Both the position numbers and the translations under genes were made by a program. DNA of 64,000 nt from a virus: IMG/VR virus record IMGVR_UViG_3300025015_000011, positions 32,001 to 96,000 of that record; one strand, 5' to 3'. Below the pieces are notes generated by a model that made no database searches, was not told the origin of the DNA, and was given only the letters and a program-made list of their open reading frames with translations. Below, one piece after another: positions 37,742-47,650 of this stretch. Each line of letters begins with the position of its first letter. Position 1 is the stretch's first letter.

Positions 37742-38283
37742 TAGCTTATAATCAGTATAGCTTTATCACCAGCTTGAGGAATAAATGGTAATGTTCCTGT
37801 TATGGTCAAAAATTTTGTAGTACCATTAAAACTTCCAGTGGCTGGTATTTTTTTAACTATACTGGTATTATTACCAGTAATGAATTTAATTAGTGATGGT
37901 GATTGAAAAAAATCAGTAGTTGATTCTGTCAAATCTGTTTTAAATGTGCTTATACCATTTCCTGCATCGCTTTGAATAGTAATATAAATATTTCCAATTA
38001 CTTCTAGTAATGGACCTGAATATGAAAATCCAGTCTCTTGATTAATGAAGATAATTTGATATTTATCTTCTAATTGTGGAGCAGTCCAACTATATTTCCA
38101 AACATTATTTGAGTCTGCTGTCATAGCTGAAGAATCTGCAGTCCATCCAGAATTCTTAAACGTCATATCATTAAAATCTAGCCAATATCCATCAGATAAT
38201 CTCATTATTTTAATTGAGACCCCAGTTGAAGTATCATTTAAGGCAAATGGTATTGTTATTGGTTCTTTTAAATATAGTTTCAC
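37741..38283 (-). CDS. Two-domain Ig-like adaptor-type virion protein
   Basis: VSIKIMRLSDGYWLDF...VWKYSW; C-terminal FNGTTKFLT...PQAGDKAIL; GTG start. Confidence 0.65.
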   Translation of the reverse strand: MKLYLKEPITIPFALNDTSTGVSIKIMRLSDGYWLDFNDMTFKNSGWTADSSAMTADSNNVWKYSWTAPQLEDKYQIIFINQETGFSYSGPLLEVIGNIYITIQSDAGNGISTFKTDLTESTTDFFQSPSLIKFITGNNTSIVKKIPATGSFNGTTKFLTITGTLPFIPQAGDKAILIIS

Positions 38284-38300
38284 TATATACCTCTTTAAAA

Positions 38301-38308
38301 TATTTATA
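38301..38308 (-). promoter_or_regulatory. T4-type late promoter TATAAATA
   Basis: Exact motif about 17 nt upstream of the 38283 start. Confidence 0.65.
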
Positions 38309-38998
38309 CTATTTTGAAGCTCTAATTCTGCTTAATATTTCCCAAAGATTTTGAGGAATTAAATAATATGTTTTACCAGCTGAGGTTGCAGAAAGGGTTG
38401 ATGCTAATGTTATAGTATCAGTACTTGAATTAAAAGATTTTATTATAGCAGTCTCACCATCTACTAAAGCAACTCCTCCAATATAAGCTCCTCCCATTGT
38501 AGAGGTTAAATTAACTGTATCTACTATAGTAGTAGATGTAGAACCTCCTTGGGCTGTTCCTGATATTGTTCCTGCAAGAACATAACCAGATTTATCAGAA
38601 TTTGTGGCTACACCAACAGTAGTCATTGTAGCTCCAATAACTTTAAACTTTACAGGAGCCTTTGCGAGTAATCCTAAGTAATTTCCTGAGCCTTCAACCC
38701 AAACAAAACACTCATCTTCATTATTTGGAGTTAAAACATCATTAGTTGTAAGTCTATAATATCCACCAAGTTCATCTGTAAGAGTATCACCAGTTTCATT
38801 TATTGTAGTTGCAGTAGAAGCACATTGTACTTTAATTACTATATCAGATAATGTTAATCCTGCTACACCATTTGATATTGTTGAAGTATCAAATATTCCA
38901 AATTTAAAAGTATTAGAAGCTGTTATTCTTTTATCAATAGCACTTGCTTCTAATATGAAGCAACTAAAAAATAATAAAGTTAATATTATTTTTTTCAT
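38309..38998 (-). CDS. Signal-peptide-bearing Ig-like adaptor-type protein
   Basis: MKKIILTLLFFSCFILEASA; VAGLT...ELGGYYRL. Confidence 0.7.
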   Translation of the reverse strand: MKKIILTLLFFSCFILEASAIDKRITASNTFKFGIFDTSTISNGVAGLTLSDIVIKVQCASTATTINETGDTLTDELGGYYRLTTNDVLTPNNEDECFVWVEGSGNYLGLLAKAPVKFKVIGATMTTVGVATNSDKSGYVLAGTISGTAQGGSTSTTIVDTVNLTSTMGGAYIGGVALVDGETAIIKSFNSSTDTITLASTLSATSAGKTYYLIPQNLWEILSRIRASK

Positions 38999-39001
38999 GT
39001 G

Positions 39002-40750
39002 TTAATTATCTCCATTTCTTGAGTTAAATTTAATACGATTCTTCGAGCGGCCCACTGAGCTTTGAGTAATATATTCATATACACCAATGTCAAAATCTGA
39101 GCCTTGAGGTCTTGAGATTCCTATAATATCTGTTGTTACAACTGATGATACAGAAGAAGATCCTCCATTATATCCTGGTGATGTTAAATTGAGGGTAAAG
39201 TCATACGATGCAGGATTGACAAAATCAGGGTTGGCTGTGCTGTCTCCTGCCGACCAAGTCGGCGCAGAAGGTATGCCATCTCCACCGTTATACCAGATGT
39301 TGTTGGAATGAATTTCTGGTACATCTTCTTGTGTAGGGTACTCATAAGGTCTGTCATGAGTATCAACTACGATATTATTAATGTACTCCCATGTTCCACC
39401 AAATCTGTTGGCGTCGCCACCTGACTGGACATCTATGGCGTGGCCGTAACCAGATACGCCATAATCATAAATGACATTATTATATACCTTTACGTGGGAC
39501 TCATTAGACAGTCCACCAAGCGTAAAAGCTACATGATGATGTTCAGGACACCCACTGATTTCAAGTCCAACATTTATCATCAAATTATTATAAACCTCAA
39601 CAGGCATAGTAAAACGTGGATAACCATCATAGGCCATATTTTTAATTCCAAATCCTACGCCTACCTGATTGACAACTACATTATCATGGACCCTTAGCGT
39701 GCCAGTCCACCCTCCAGATATACCTTCGTCGTAGATGTGCAGGCCGTGATGGACTTTATTGTCAGACAAATAATTCCACCCTAATTCATAAGCTTCCTTT
39801 GCCACCCCGCTTCGGTTAGAGATATAAAATACATGATGCCATGCAGATGTTGTCTCACATCCAAAGTCATGCACATAATTACCGAATACCTTTATCCCGC
39901 CACCAGCAGCGTCTTGCCCGTTACTATTTCCTGAAATTGCTCCGGTAGCACCAGTAGCACATCCGCTGGGATAATTTGTTATCTCGTGAGCAATGGCTCT
40001 CATCCCCCTGTTAGTGTCCATGCCAGTACCATTGGATTTTATTATAAACTTTGAGGTATGTATATATGTTGAAGTGCCATAAGTGTTGCCGAGGCCGTAT
40101 GTGCCAGAGTTTTGTATTAGCACGGTCGCTCCTGGATACGCGATTAAAGCTATTGGGTTGTCGGCCGAGGCGAAGTGATTTCTCAAGGCTACGCCAGTCA
40201 GCTCTTGGACGCCGTTGCCTACATAAACGATATCGCCAGGTGCAACAGGGCTGACATCATTGTTGGCAGCATAGTTTAGCGTTGCCCACGGGCTCGCCCA
40301 TGAACCGGCGTTTCCGTTATTGCCAGTGGTCTTAACAAAATAGATGTTCCCGCTGCGCACGGTAAACGGGAGGGTATTTGACTGCACACCATCCACAGTG
40401 ACATATATTGTACCAACACCATCCGCAGCGGTGGAGCTCACAGCAAAGGCGATGGACTGCATCTTGTGGTAGGTATACAGCTCTGCTGGGCCACTTAAGC
40501 CAGCAGTGTCTGCGTTTTCCCAATAATATACATGGGATGCCAGTGCGCCGCCTATGTGGACAGTTGAGGAGCCCTGAGAACTACCAAGGTTATTCCCCCA
40601 TACGGTGACGATAGCTCCATCTCCAAGTCCATCTCCATTGCCAGTTTTAGGACCTGAGGTAATATCAGAGAAATTTAAAACTGGAGCTGATTGAGATATT
40701 GATGGTATTAAAAAAATAAAAAATAATAAAAATATTATAATTTTTTTCAT
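39002..40750 (-). CDS. Signal peptide + IPT/TIG + right-handed beta-helix protein
   Basis: MKKIIIFLLFFIFLIPSISQSA; VTVWGNNLGSSQG; NAGSWASPWAT..PGD; NPDFV...SPG...D..G..RPQG..DIGVYE. Confidence 0.78.
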   Translation of the reverse strand: MKKIIIFLLFFIFLIPSISQSAPVLNFSDITSGPKTGNGDGLGDGAIVTVWGNNLGSSQGSSTVHIGGALASHVYYWENADTAGLSGPAELYTYHKMQSIAFAVSSTAADGVGTIYVTVDGVQSNTLPFTVRSGNIYFVKTTGNNGNAGSWASPWATLNYAANNDVSPVAPGDIVYVGNGVQELTGVALRNHFASADNPIALIAYPGATVLIQNSGTYGLGNTYGTSTYIHTSKFIIKSNGTGMDTNRGMRAIAHEITNYPSGCATGATGAISGNSNGQDAAGGGIKVFGNYVHDFGCETTSAWHHVFYISNRSGVAKEAYELGWNYLSDNKVHHGLHIYDEGISGGWTGTLRVHDNVVVNQVGVGFGIKNMAYDGYPRFTMPVEVYNNLMINVGLEISGCPEHHHVAFTLGGLSNESHVKVYNNVIYDYGVSGYGHAIDVQSGGDANRFGGTWEYINNIVVDTHDRPYEYPTQEDVPEIHSNNIWYNGGDGIPSAPTWSAGDSTANPDFVNPASYDFTLNLTSPGYNGGSSSVSSVVTTDIIGISRPQGSDFDIGVYEYITQSSVGRSKNRIKFNSRNGDN

Positions 40751-40751
40751 A

Positions 40752-41336
40752 TTATTTCCATATTATTTGACATATTGTAGAAGCAGGAGCAGATAAAAAT
40801 GGCCTGCCTGGCTCTATTATAATAAGATCTGGAGTTCCATTTACTGTAGCTACAACTTCTCTTATCTCAGTATTACATATTAAATATGTTCCGATATAGT
40901 TATTTGAAACAGCGATTACAGAAGTTTCATCAATTGGTATTCTCCAAGTAGAACTATTACCAGTCGAAGCTGTTACCATACTTACCGTCTTTGTTTTTTC
41001 TTGAGCATTACAATGTATGTCTAAAAAATTATGATAGTTTTTATGAGTAGCTGTAGAATCTTTCATGGTATAAACACCAGATTTACCATTACTAGTATAT
41101 GTGTATCTATACCAACCCAGACCCATTTCAGCTATAGCATTATTATTTAAAGATGTTGTACCATCAGTATAGAAAAAATCAAATCTAACTTCAGAAAGAA
41201 TTTTACCCGTTACAGGATCTCCTGCAGAATTATTCATTTGGCCCATGATATTATATATATTACCATTAATACAAGAAGAATAACTATAAATAGGCCAAAA
41301 AAGTAAAAGTAAAAGTATTAAAAGAATTTTTTTCAT
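40752..41336 (-). CDS. Signal-peptide-bearing Ig-like adaptor-type protein
   Basis: MKKILLILLLLLFWPIYSYS; PVTG...EMGLGWYRYTY. Confidence 0.7.
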   Translation of the reverse strand: MKKILLILLLLLFWPIYSYSSCINGNIYNIMGQMNNSAGDPVTGKILSEVRFDFFYTDGTTSLNNNAIAEMGLGWYRYTYTSNGKSGVYTMKDSTATHKNYHNFLDIHCNAQEKTKTVSMVTASTGNSSTWRIPIDETSVIAVSNNYIGTYLICNTEIREVVATVNGTPDLIIIEPGRPFLSAPASTICQIIWK

Positions 41337-41348
41337 ATATCTTTCTCC

Positions 41349-42095
41349 TTAAGTCACATTTAAGGTAACAGCTGTTCTGTTACCATTGTTGTCAACCGTT
41401 GCTGTTATTCTATTTAATGAATCTGCATGGTCTCTAAATATTAATGTGGAAGTTCCACCACCAGAAGATTTACCCCCAAGAACACCAAAAAATACTTTCA
41501 AGGCCTCTCTTAAAGTTAATGTATTTTCAATAACTTCATCTAAAATATTATCAATACCTGTTGGTGTTATACCAACATTATTTGTAACTGTTGTAGCAGT
41601 ATCAGTTATTACAACACCTTCAATTTTATGAGTTATTGGATTATACCCAATATCTACAAAATCTTTTAAATCTATTAGACTTTGTCCACTACCGCTTAAT
41701 GCAATAGTATCAGTTTCTAAAATATCTGAACCAAGAATTAATGAGTCATATACTTTAGCAGGAATAATCGAAAGTTCGTGAAATACCGGACAATGATTTG
41801 CAGAATCAGTAATAGCTAACATAGCTCTACCTACATAGTTTGTATTCTGTGCAGTCAATTCTAAATCATAAAATCCAGCAGTATCATTAGTTATATGAAC
41901 CATATCATTATTACCGCCAGAAGGAGTAGGTGATATGGCAGATAAAACTAACTCAGGAATGCCATTGTTATCTACTGTCATATTAATTTGACAATTTGTT
42001 ACTGTTAATGCCGTTTCTGGAGTTATTCCATCAGTTTTATCTAGAAATGGACCGACTGTAATTCTAGTTTCAGTATTTGTTCTAAGAAATCTCAT
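41349..42095 (-). CDS. Ig-like adaptor-type virion protein
   Basis: VGPFLDKTDGITPETAL...GFYDLELT; C-terminal FRD...RITATVDNNGNRTAV. Confidence 0.7.
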   Translation of the reverse strand: MRFLRTNTETRITVGPFLDKTDGITPETALTVTNCQINMTVDNNGIPELVLSAISPTPSGGNNDMVHITNDTAGFYDLELTAQNTNYVGRAMLAITDSANHCPVFHELSIIPAKVYDSLILGSDILETDTIALSGSGQSLIDLKDFVDIGYNPITHKIEGVVITDTATTVTNNVGITPTGIDNILDEVIENTLTLREALKVFFGVLGGKSSGGGTSTLIFRDHADSLNRITATVDNNGNRTAVTLNVT

Positions 42096-43259
42096 TTATG
42101 ACCACCTCTGTCTATATTGATTAATAAAAATAGGAATTAATGCCCCATTAGGGCCAAAAGATAATGTTGATACTATAATGTCATAATTACTGCCATTAGA
42201 TTTAGTATAAAGAAGTGCTATTTTATTCGTAACTGAAGAATAAGTACATGTTAAATCAGTACCATCTGTAGTTTCTTCTATATCAATCCAACCAGACCAA
42301 GAATCGAGAGAAGTTGTGTATTTATTATAAGATAAAGTTTTATTGGCGTCTCCTCGAATAACAAAAGCCCAAATATCAGTATTATCAGTAATTAAACAAA
42401 TTCCTGAGTTTATATTTAATCCATTCGTTGGCCATGTTGGGGCTGTTGAAGAGCTAACAGAAGTTCCATTATGTTTATAAAATGCAAAAGTATTTGTAGC
42501 ATTTATGCAAAGTATTTTTATATCATTAGATGTAACTTTTACAGCATCCCATTGACGACCATCAGCCCCTACTGTTGCGCTGAAAAAGTTGGTGGCCACG
42601 TCCCATGTAGTTCCAGTATTTAAACATTTATTCCATCGTAAATAGTCATTTCCACCAGAGGTATCATTCCAGATTGCTAAAATACTATCAGATATATCAA
42701 GTATTTTAAGACGCCAAATCCAATTGCCCAGACTTATACCAGAGATAGTTATCCATGAAGTCCCAGTATCAGCAAATGATGGCCCTATAGTATTAGTAGA
42801 GCGTCGAATGGATATATTTCCACTAACATCATCATACGCATAAATTATTTTATTATCACTTTGTAAGCAAAGAGCATTACATCTTTCAGCACTTGCGTTA
42901 AATGTTAATGAAGAATTAGATGCATCTAATTCAGTTCCCCATGAAATAGTAGTTCCAGATATTACACCACGCAGGTATGTTCTAGGAAGTGAAGAATCAT
43001 TTAAAAAACTAAGTATAACTACAGTATTATTATATAAAACATCTAATGTTCCACCATCTTGATTATTTACAGATATTAAACCAGTAGAACTTTCATTCCA
43101 TGATGTTAGATTAGTAGAATAAGCATAAAAAAGTGTATTAGCATTTCCACTCTTTTTATAAAATGTCCACCAGTAAGTGCCATCATGTATTATTGTTCTT
43201 TGTTGAGAGTTTTTAGTTGACCTTGCAATAGTCCCAACAGAGCTTATAATATTTCCCAC
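42096..43259 (-). CDS. Beta-propeller/BNR-like putative receptor-binding protein
   Basis: Repeated YAYST..TSW/ISWG motifs; C-terminal tail IPIFINQYRQRWS; GTG start. Confidence 0.6.
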   Translation of the reverse strand: MGNIISSVGTIARSTKNSQQRTIIHDGTYWWTFYKKSGNANTLFYAYSTNLTSWNESSTGLISVNNQDGGTLDVLYNNTVVILSFLNDSSLPRTYLRGVISGTTISWGTELDASNSSLTFNASAERCNALCLQSDNKIIYAYDDVSGNISIRRSTNTIGPSFADTGTSWITISGISLGNWIWRLKILDISDSILAIWNDTSGGNDYLRWNKCLNTGTTWDVATNFFSATVGADGRQWDAVKVTSNDIKILCINATNTFAFYKHNGTSVSSSTAPTWPTNGLNINSGICLITDNTDIWAFVIRGDANKTLSYNKYTTSLDSWSGWIDIEETTDGTDLTCTYSSVTNKIALLYTKSNGSNYDIIVSTLSFGPNGALIPIFINQYRQRWS

Positions 43260-43487
43260 TTATTCTGCCTTTTTCTGCCCAATATTAATATTTGGTCCTA
43301 CTTTATTGATAGCGTATAAACTACCAATTAAAAATGCTAATTGATACGGAATATCTGGTATAACTTTTGTTGTATATGTAATATACGTAGCCCAAACTAA
43401 ATATCCAAATATACAAGAGAATTGTGTTAGTCTTGTCATGGATAAAGCTAAACACTCATCTTGAAAAAATTCTAATATACGTTTCAT
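43260..43487 (-). CDS. Holin-like two-TM protein
   Basis: LSMTRL followed by two hydrophobic helices and a basic tail. Confidence 0.55.
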   Translation of the reverse strand: MKRILEFFQDECLALSMTRLTQFSCIFGYLVWATYITYTTKVIPDIPYQLAFLIGSLYAINKVGPNINIGQKKAE

Positions 43488-43494
43488 AATTTCC

Positions 43495-43674
43495 TTAAAA
43501 GTATTTTTTTAACATTTTAAAATTTTCTTTTATATCAACACCTCTAGTTAAATTCTCAAAAAACTTCTTTGAAAAGTTAATATCATTATCAACTTTTGAA
43601 ATAATAATTGAATTGAGCTCATTAATAAGCTTAGCAACTGAATCTATGTTAGTATGATTATCTTGCTCTTTCAT
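43495..43674 (-). CDS. Hypothetical protein
   Basis: Short ORF overlapping the upstream gene. Confidence 0.45.
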   Translation of the reverse strand: MKEQDNHTNIDSVAKLINELNSIIISKVDNDINFSKKFFENLTRGVDIKENFKMLKKYF

Positions 43675-44023
43675 TCTTAGCAGCATACTCAATAGTTTTT
43701 GCTAATAATTCAATAGAAGCTGTTATTTTAATTAACATCTCTCGAAGAGGTTGGTGTTCAGTCAAAGATACTAATTCTAATTCCTTTTTTAGAGAAGACA
43801 CCATAGTTTCAAGCGAATCTAAAAGATCTTTTTTACTTGCAAGTAATGCATCTTTAATATTTGATTCTTGTAAGGAACAGTGACTTGAAGCAGAACAATA
43901 AGTATATGCTCTGTATATAAGAATCACCAGACCTATATTTACTGCTACTGATAAAAAAGACAGCACTCCCAATATTCCAGCCCCGGCAAATATAGCTCTT
44001 ATTATTTCTGCTAATACTTCCAT
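43658..44023 (-). CDS. Membrane protein (N-terminal TM + coiled coil), possible lysis gene
   Basis: AGILGVLSFLSVAVNIGLVILIY. Confidence 0.6.
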   Translation of the reverse strand: MEVLAEIIRAIFAGAGILGVLSFLSVAVNIGLVILIYRAYTYCSASSHCSLQESNIKDALLASKKDLLDSLETMVSSLKKELELVSLTEHQPLREMLIKITASIELLAKTIEYAAKNERAR

Positions 44024-44467
44024 TTAAAGTAATATTACCCCCACACCTAATATTATACCTATGCCAATCAATCCAACTGCATTTTTAGCTTTAGTCCAAA
44101 AAGAGGGTTTACTTTCTTTTATTATTAACTCATACATTTTTTTCTGTTCTGTTAAAAGCCCATCATATTTTATAATAAAACTATTCATAGTTTCTAAATA
44201 CTTTTTTTGATTCTCATTTTCTTTTTGAAGAATAACATTTTGAGCTTCTATAGTAGAAATTGTTTGTTCTAAAATATTTATATCAAAAGAATAAGTATTT
44301 ATTTGGTTTAGAAGAACTATATTTTCTTCTTTTAAAATTTGACATTGTTGAAGTTCAGTAGTTAAATATGTTATATCCTCAAATACAAGGGTATCTTTTG
44401 CTGAACTATTGACAGTCTGTAATAGTATTAGTATAGCCAAGATTATTGAGTGTTTTAGATGCTTCAT
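44024..44467 (-). CDS. Spanin-like protein (signal peptide, coiled coil, C-terminal hydrophobic helix)
   Basis: IILAILILLQTVNSSA; terminal LIGIGIILGVGVILL; overlaps the upstream gene. Confidence 0.5.
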   Translation of the reverse strand: MKHLKHSIILAILILLQTVNSSAKDTLVFEDITYLTTELQQCQILKEENIVLLNQINTYSFDINILEQTISTIEAQNVILQKENENQKKYLETMNSFIIKYDGLLTEQKKMYELIIKESKPSFWTKAKNAVGLIGIGIILGVGVILL

Positions 44468-44810
44468 ATATATCCTTTGGGTCTTGTATGTTCTTCTTTT
44501 TTTCTTGAATAGTCTTTAATTCAACAGATAAACTATTAATTTTAACTTTTAACGTATTTCTTTCTTTGACTAATTTATCTTTATCTTTTTGTAAATCTTC
44601 ATAAAGAGCTTTATATGTATCAGATTGATGTTCAAATTTATTTTTTTCTTCTTCAAGTGTTTTTACAATATTGGTATAATCTTTAGTAAAATTATCTTTT
44701 ATATAATTCACATAATTTTTACCTGTATTTGTATTAATAAGCAAAGAAATAAGTATTATACCAAATATTAAGGCTATCCATTTATAGAATTTTTTAATTA
44801 TAGTAATCAT
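44406..44810 (-). CDS. i-spanin-like protein (N-terminal TM + coiled coil)
   Basis: WIALIFGIILISLLI, long heptad region, C-terminal Cys. Confidence 0.55.
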   Translation of the reverse strand: MITIIKKFYKWIALIFGIILISLLINTNTGKNYVNYIKDNFTKDYTNIVKTLEEEKNKFEHQSDTYKALYEDLQKDKDKLVKERNTLKVKINSLSVELKTIQEKKKNIQDPKDIYEASKTLNNLGYTNTITDCQ

Positions 44811-45814
44811 TAGGATATTCTTTCTATTGTAAATTTTGAACCATTTCCAGCAACGTTTGTAGAAGGAATTCCTGCACTAATAGCCATTGTTACTGTAGTA
44901 TCATCACCCAATATTAAAGTATTTACATCCATATCATATCCATAAATTTTTCGTCCAAAACCAGAACTACCAGATCTGTCAAAAGTTATACTAGTATTTA
45001 ATGATATTCCTTCTATTGAAGCCACTTGAGTATAAGTCCCAGAACTATCTTGACAAGTAGCATTACTTTCAAGAATTAATTGCCAAGTACCTGCAGGCAA
45101 AGTAATATTCCTAGTACCTGCAGTAGATCCTGCTGTTGGTAATATATGTATAGAATTTAAACTTTCCGAAGGACCAGCTTTAGAAGGATTTAAAATTATA
45201 AAGTCCGTTCCATTATATTCAAAGTCATATATTCCACCAGCTTGTATATCACCTTTATAGAGAGCTCCAGTATTTCTTTTAATTGTCTTAGGCCCCAAAC
45301 TACTTAAATTTATAGTTGGTGTAGTTGAAGTGTTAGCATTTGTAACTTTAGCAGTAAATTTAGTATTTGTATAAGTAGTTAAGGCAGGTGTTAAACTACC
45401 AGTATAAGTATTAGTTCCACTTAAAACAGTATAAGTATGAACATTATTCTGCAAATTAGATTTAGTAACAGTATCATTTAAATTAGAATCTGGTACATAA
45501 TACCAATAATCTTCTCCTAAGATTAATTTAAGTTGATACCTGATTCTTTCAATTTCACCATATAATGTTGTAGCTAAAGACTCTACTGAAGCAGGGTATG
45601 GATTTACCTGGCTTCTCATCTGAGTTAAAGTATTAGAGTATCCACCCATTGAAAGATTTGTTAGTAAGCTATATATATAATCTACATTAGCTTGAATCTC
45701 TTTATGTGGTCTATTAGATTTACCAGTAGAACCACTCAAAGGAGTTCCTGTAGTATCACCTATTACAAGGTCATTTTTAAATATGCAATAAGGATTTGGA
45801 TATGGTAAAGACAT
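44810..45814 (-). CDS. Tail fibre with shared N-terminal anchor
   Basis: MSLPYPNPYC anchor; GTNTYT...NANT..PTINL..LGPKTIK..GDIQAG..YNGT fibre domain. Confidence 0.78.
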   Translation of the reverse strand: MSLPYPNPYCIFKNDLVIGDTTGTPLSGSTGKSNRPHKEIQANVDYIYSLLTNLSMGGYSNTLTQMRSQVNPYPASVESLATTLYGEIERIRYQLKLILGEDYWYYVPDSNLNDTVTKSNLQNNVHTYTVLSGTNTYTGSLTPALTTYTNTKFTAKVTNANTSTTPTINLSSLGPKTIKRNTGALYKGDIQAGGIYDFEYNGTDFIILNPSKAGPSESLNSIHILPTAGSTAGTRNITLPAGTWQLILESNATCQDSSGTYTQVASIEGISLNTSITFDRSGSSGFGRKIYGYDMDVNTLILGDDTTVTMAISAGIPSTNVAGNGSKFTIERIS

Positions 45815-45845
45815 TTAATCTCCTGAAATCATTTTAAATATTTAT
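45786..45845. repeat. 60-bp direct repeat, copy 1 (promoter-like + RBS + start of tail fibre gene)
   Basis: CAATAAGGATTTGGATATGGTAAAGACATTTAATCTCCTGAAATCATTTTAAATATTTAT, identical to 47622-47681. Confidence 0.9.
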
Positions 45846-47650
45846 TAAGCTTCTATTACTCCAAAAGTCTTCCAAACACCTGAAGGACTGGCAGTTGTAC
45901 ATATCCATCCTTCGGTTCCACCAGCTGCTGGATATGGATTCCAAACTCTATCTCCACGTTTCCAGGAATTAGTAGTAGGGGCTGTGGTGCTTATTGTTGT
46001 TTTCTGTTCAGTTCCTGTTGAGTTATAAACTGAATATTGACTTGAGCCAGTTGTAAAAGAACTTAAAGATTCACAAACTTCAGAAATTGTTCCATCATAT
46101 ATTCTGATATATCCTGAGTATGCAGATCCAACACTTTGTTCATATATATTATTTTCTAAAATTGAATTATAAATCTTTACTATATAATAACCAGCTGCTC
46201 CTGTTGCTGTACCTATAAAACGATTATTTACTGCAACAACATTATGTAGATAAATTTCATCAACATCACTTGCATGAGCATAAATAGTATTTCTTTCAAG
46301 TATTAAAGGCCCAACTGAAGCAGCTGTTGTAATTCTATATCTAGTAATTATACTATCAATTATACGTACCATACTTGCACTAGTGTGCATATAGTTATAA
46401 ATTTCGCCTTTCCAACCAGATATAATAACATCAGTTAGAACCCCATAAGTAGTATTATATCCCAGGCCTAATGCAAGATAAGCAGTAGATAATCCACTTC
46501 TTATACCATTAACTGTAAGTCCATTAGTTGCTTTAGAATAAGCTCCGCGATTATACGTTAATATACCCCAGCTGGCACCTATATAATTACCATCTGCTAT
46601 AACATTAACACATCCTTGAAATTGCAGACTTATTATATTGGTAATATTGCCTCCACATACATTACTATTAAAAACACTGTCTTCAAGATAGACTGTGCAA
46701 ATTCCAGATGAGTGGTCAAATACGTTTGAAGCTCCTACTTTACGAACAATATTATTAGATACTGTTGAATTTCTTATACCTTGTATCTTATAAGCAATAC
46801 CATGATAATCTTGTGTAGAACAATCAATAATAAATTGATTATTACAAAATACTAGAGTATCAATTAATGTTCTTACAGGTACGCTGTCCCCTTCATCATA
46901 AATTATATCAACCCCACCTTGTATTCCTTCTTGTGAACCATATCCAGAAAGTGTAGTATTATCACCACCACTAAGGAAAAACTTATTATTTGAAATATCC
47001 CAATTAGTTCCACCAATACACTGTCCAGTAATTCCAAATCTTGAAATATTTGTAAAAGTACAATAATTTATAAACAGACCATCTGTACCTGAAGAATCTC
47101 CAGTATCAGGATAGTCAATATAAATAGCATTACTGCTAATACTACCAATAGTTGCAGCATTACCTGTAAATTTAACATATTGAAATCCACAATTCTGGAG
47201 ACTTTGAATTCTAAACCCAGCTATAATAGGATAATTATCTACATTACTTAAATCTGTAGTTACATCGTCTATATAAATGGTACCATTTATTACAATAACA
47301 TTGGATTTATGGTCAATAGTTTTTGTTACTCTCCATGTTTTTCCACCAAGGTCAACTAAAAGAATTCCATTAGTATTAGCAGCATTGATAGCCTCTTGTA
47401 TGGCTTGTGTATCATCAGTTACACCATCACCAATACCATTATGAGCTCTTACATCCACCCAGGCTTTATGAGTCCCATCATCATTATGTTCAAGTAATCT
47501 TTTAGTATTTAAATAATCTAAATTAGCTTGTATTTCTTTTGATGTTTTATTAGCAGCTCCTGTTGAACCACTTAGAGGAGTGCCATTTGTATCTCCAAGA
47601 ACTAAATCTGTTGTTTTAATACAATAAGGATTTGGATATGGTAAAGACAT
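45845..47650 (-). CDS. Beta-helix tailspike/depolymerase with shared anchor
   Basis: Anchor; VDVRAHNGIGDGVTDDTQAIQEAIN; C-terminal APTT.SW.RGD.VWN..P..GG..GWIC. Confidence 0.85.
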   Translation of the reverse strand: MSLPYPNPYCIKTTDLVLGDTNGTPLSGSTGAANKTSKEIQANLDYLNTKRLLEHNDDGTHKAWVDVRAHNGIGDGVTDDTQAIQEAINAANTNGILLVDLGGKTWRVTKTIDHKSNVIVINGTIYIDDVTTDLSNVDNYPIIAGFRIQSLQNCGFQYVKFTGNAATIGSISSNAIYIDYPDTGDSSGTDGLFINYCTFTNISRFGITGQCIGGTNWDISNNKFFLSGGDNTTLSGYGSQEGIQGGVDIIYDEGDSVPVRTLIDTLVFCNNQFIIDCSTQDYHGIAYKIQGIRNSTVSNNIVRKVGASNVFDHSSGICTVYLEDSVFNSNVCGGNITNIISLQFQGCVNVIADGNYIGASWGILTYNRGAYSKATNGLTVNGIRSGLSTAYLALGLGYNTTYGVLTDVIISGWKGEIYNYMHTSASMVRIIDSIITRYRITTAASVGPLILERNTIYAHASDVDEIYLHNVVAVNNRFIGTATGAAGYYIVKIYNSILENNIYEQSVGSAYSGYIRIYDGTISEVCESLSSFTTGSSQYSVYNSTGTEQKTTISTTAPTTNSWKRGDRVWNPYPAAGGTEGWICTTASPSGVWKTFGVIEA

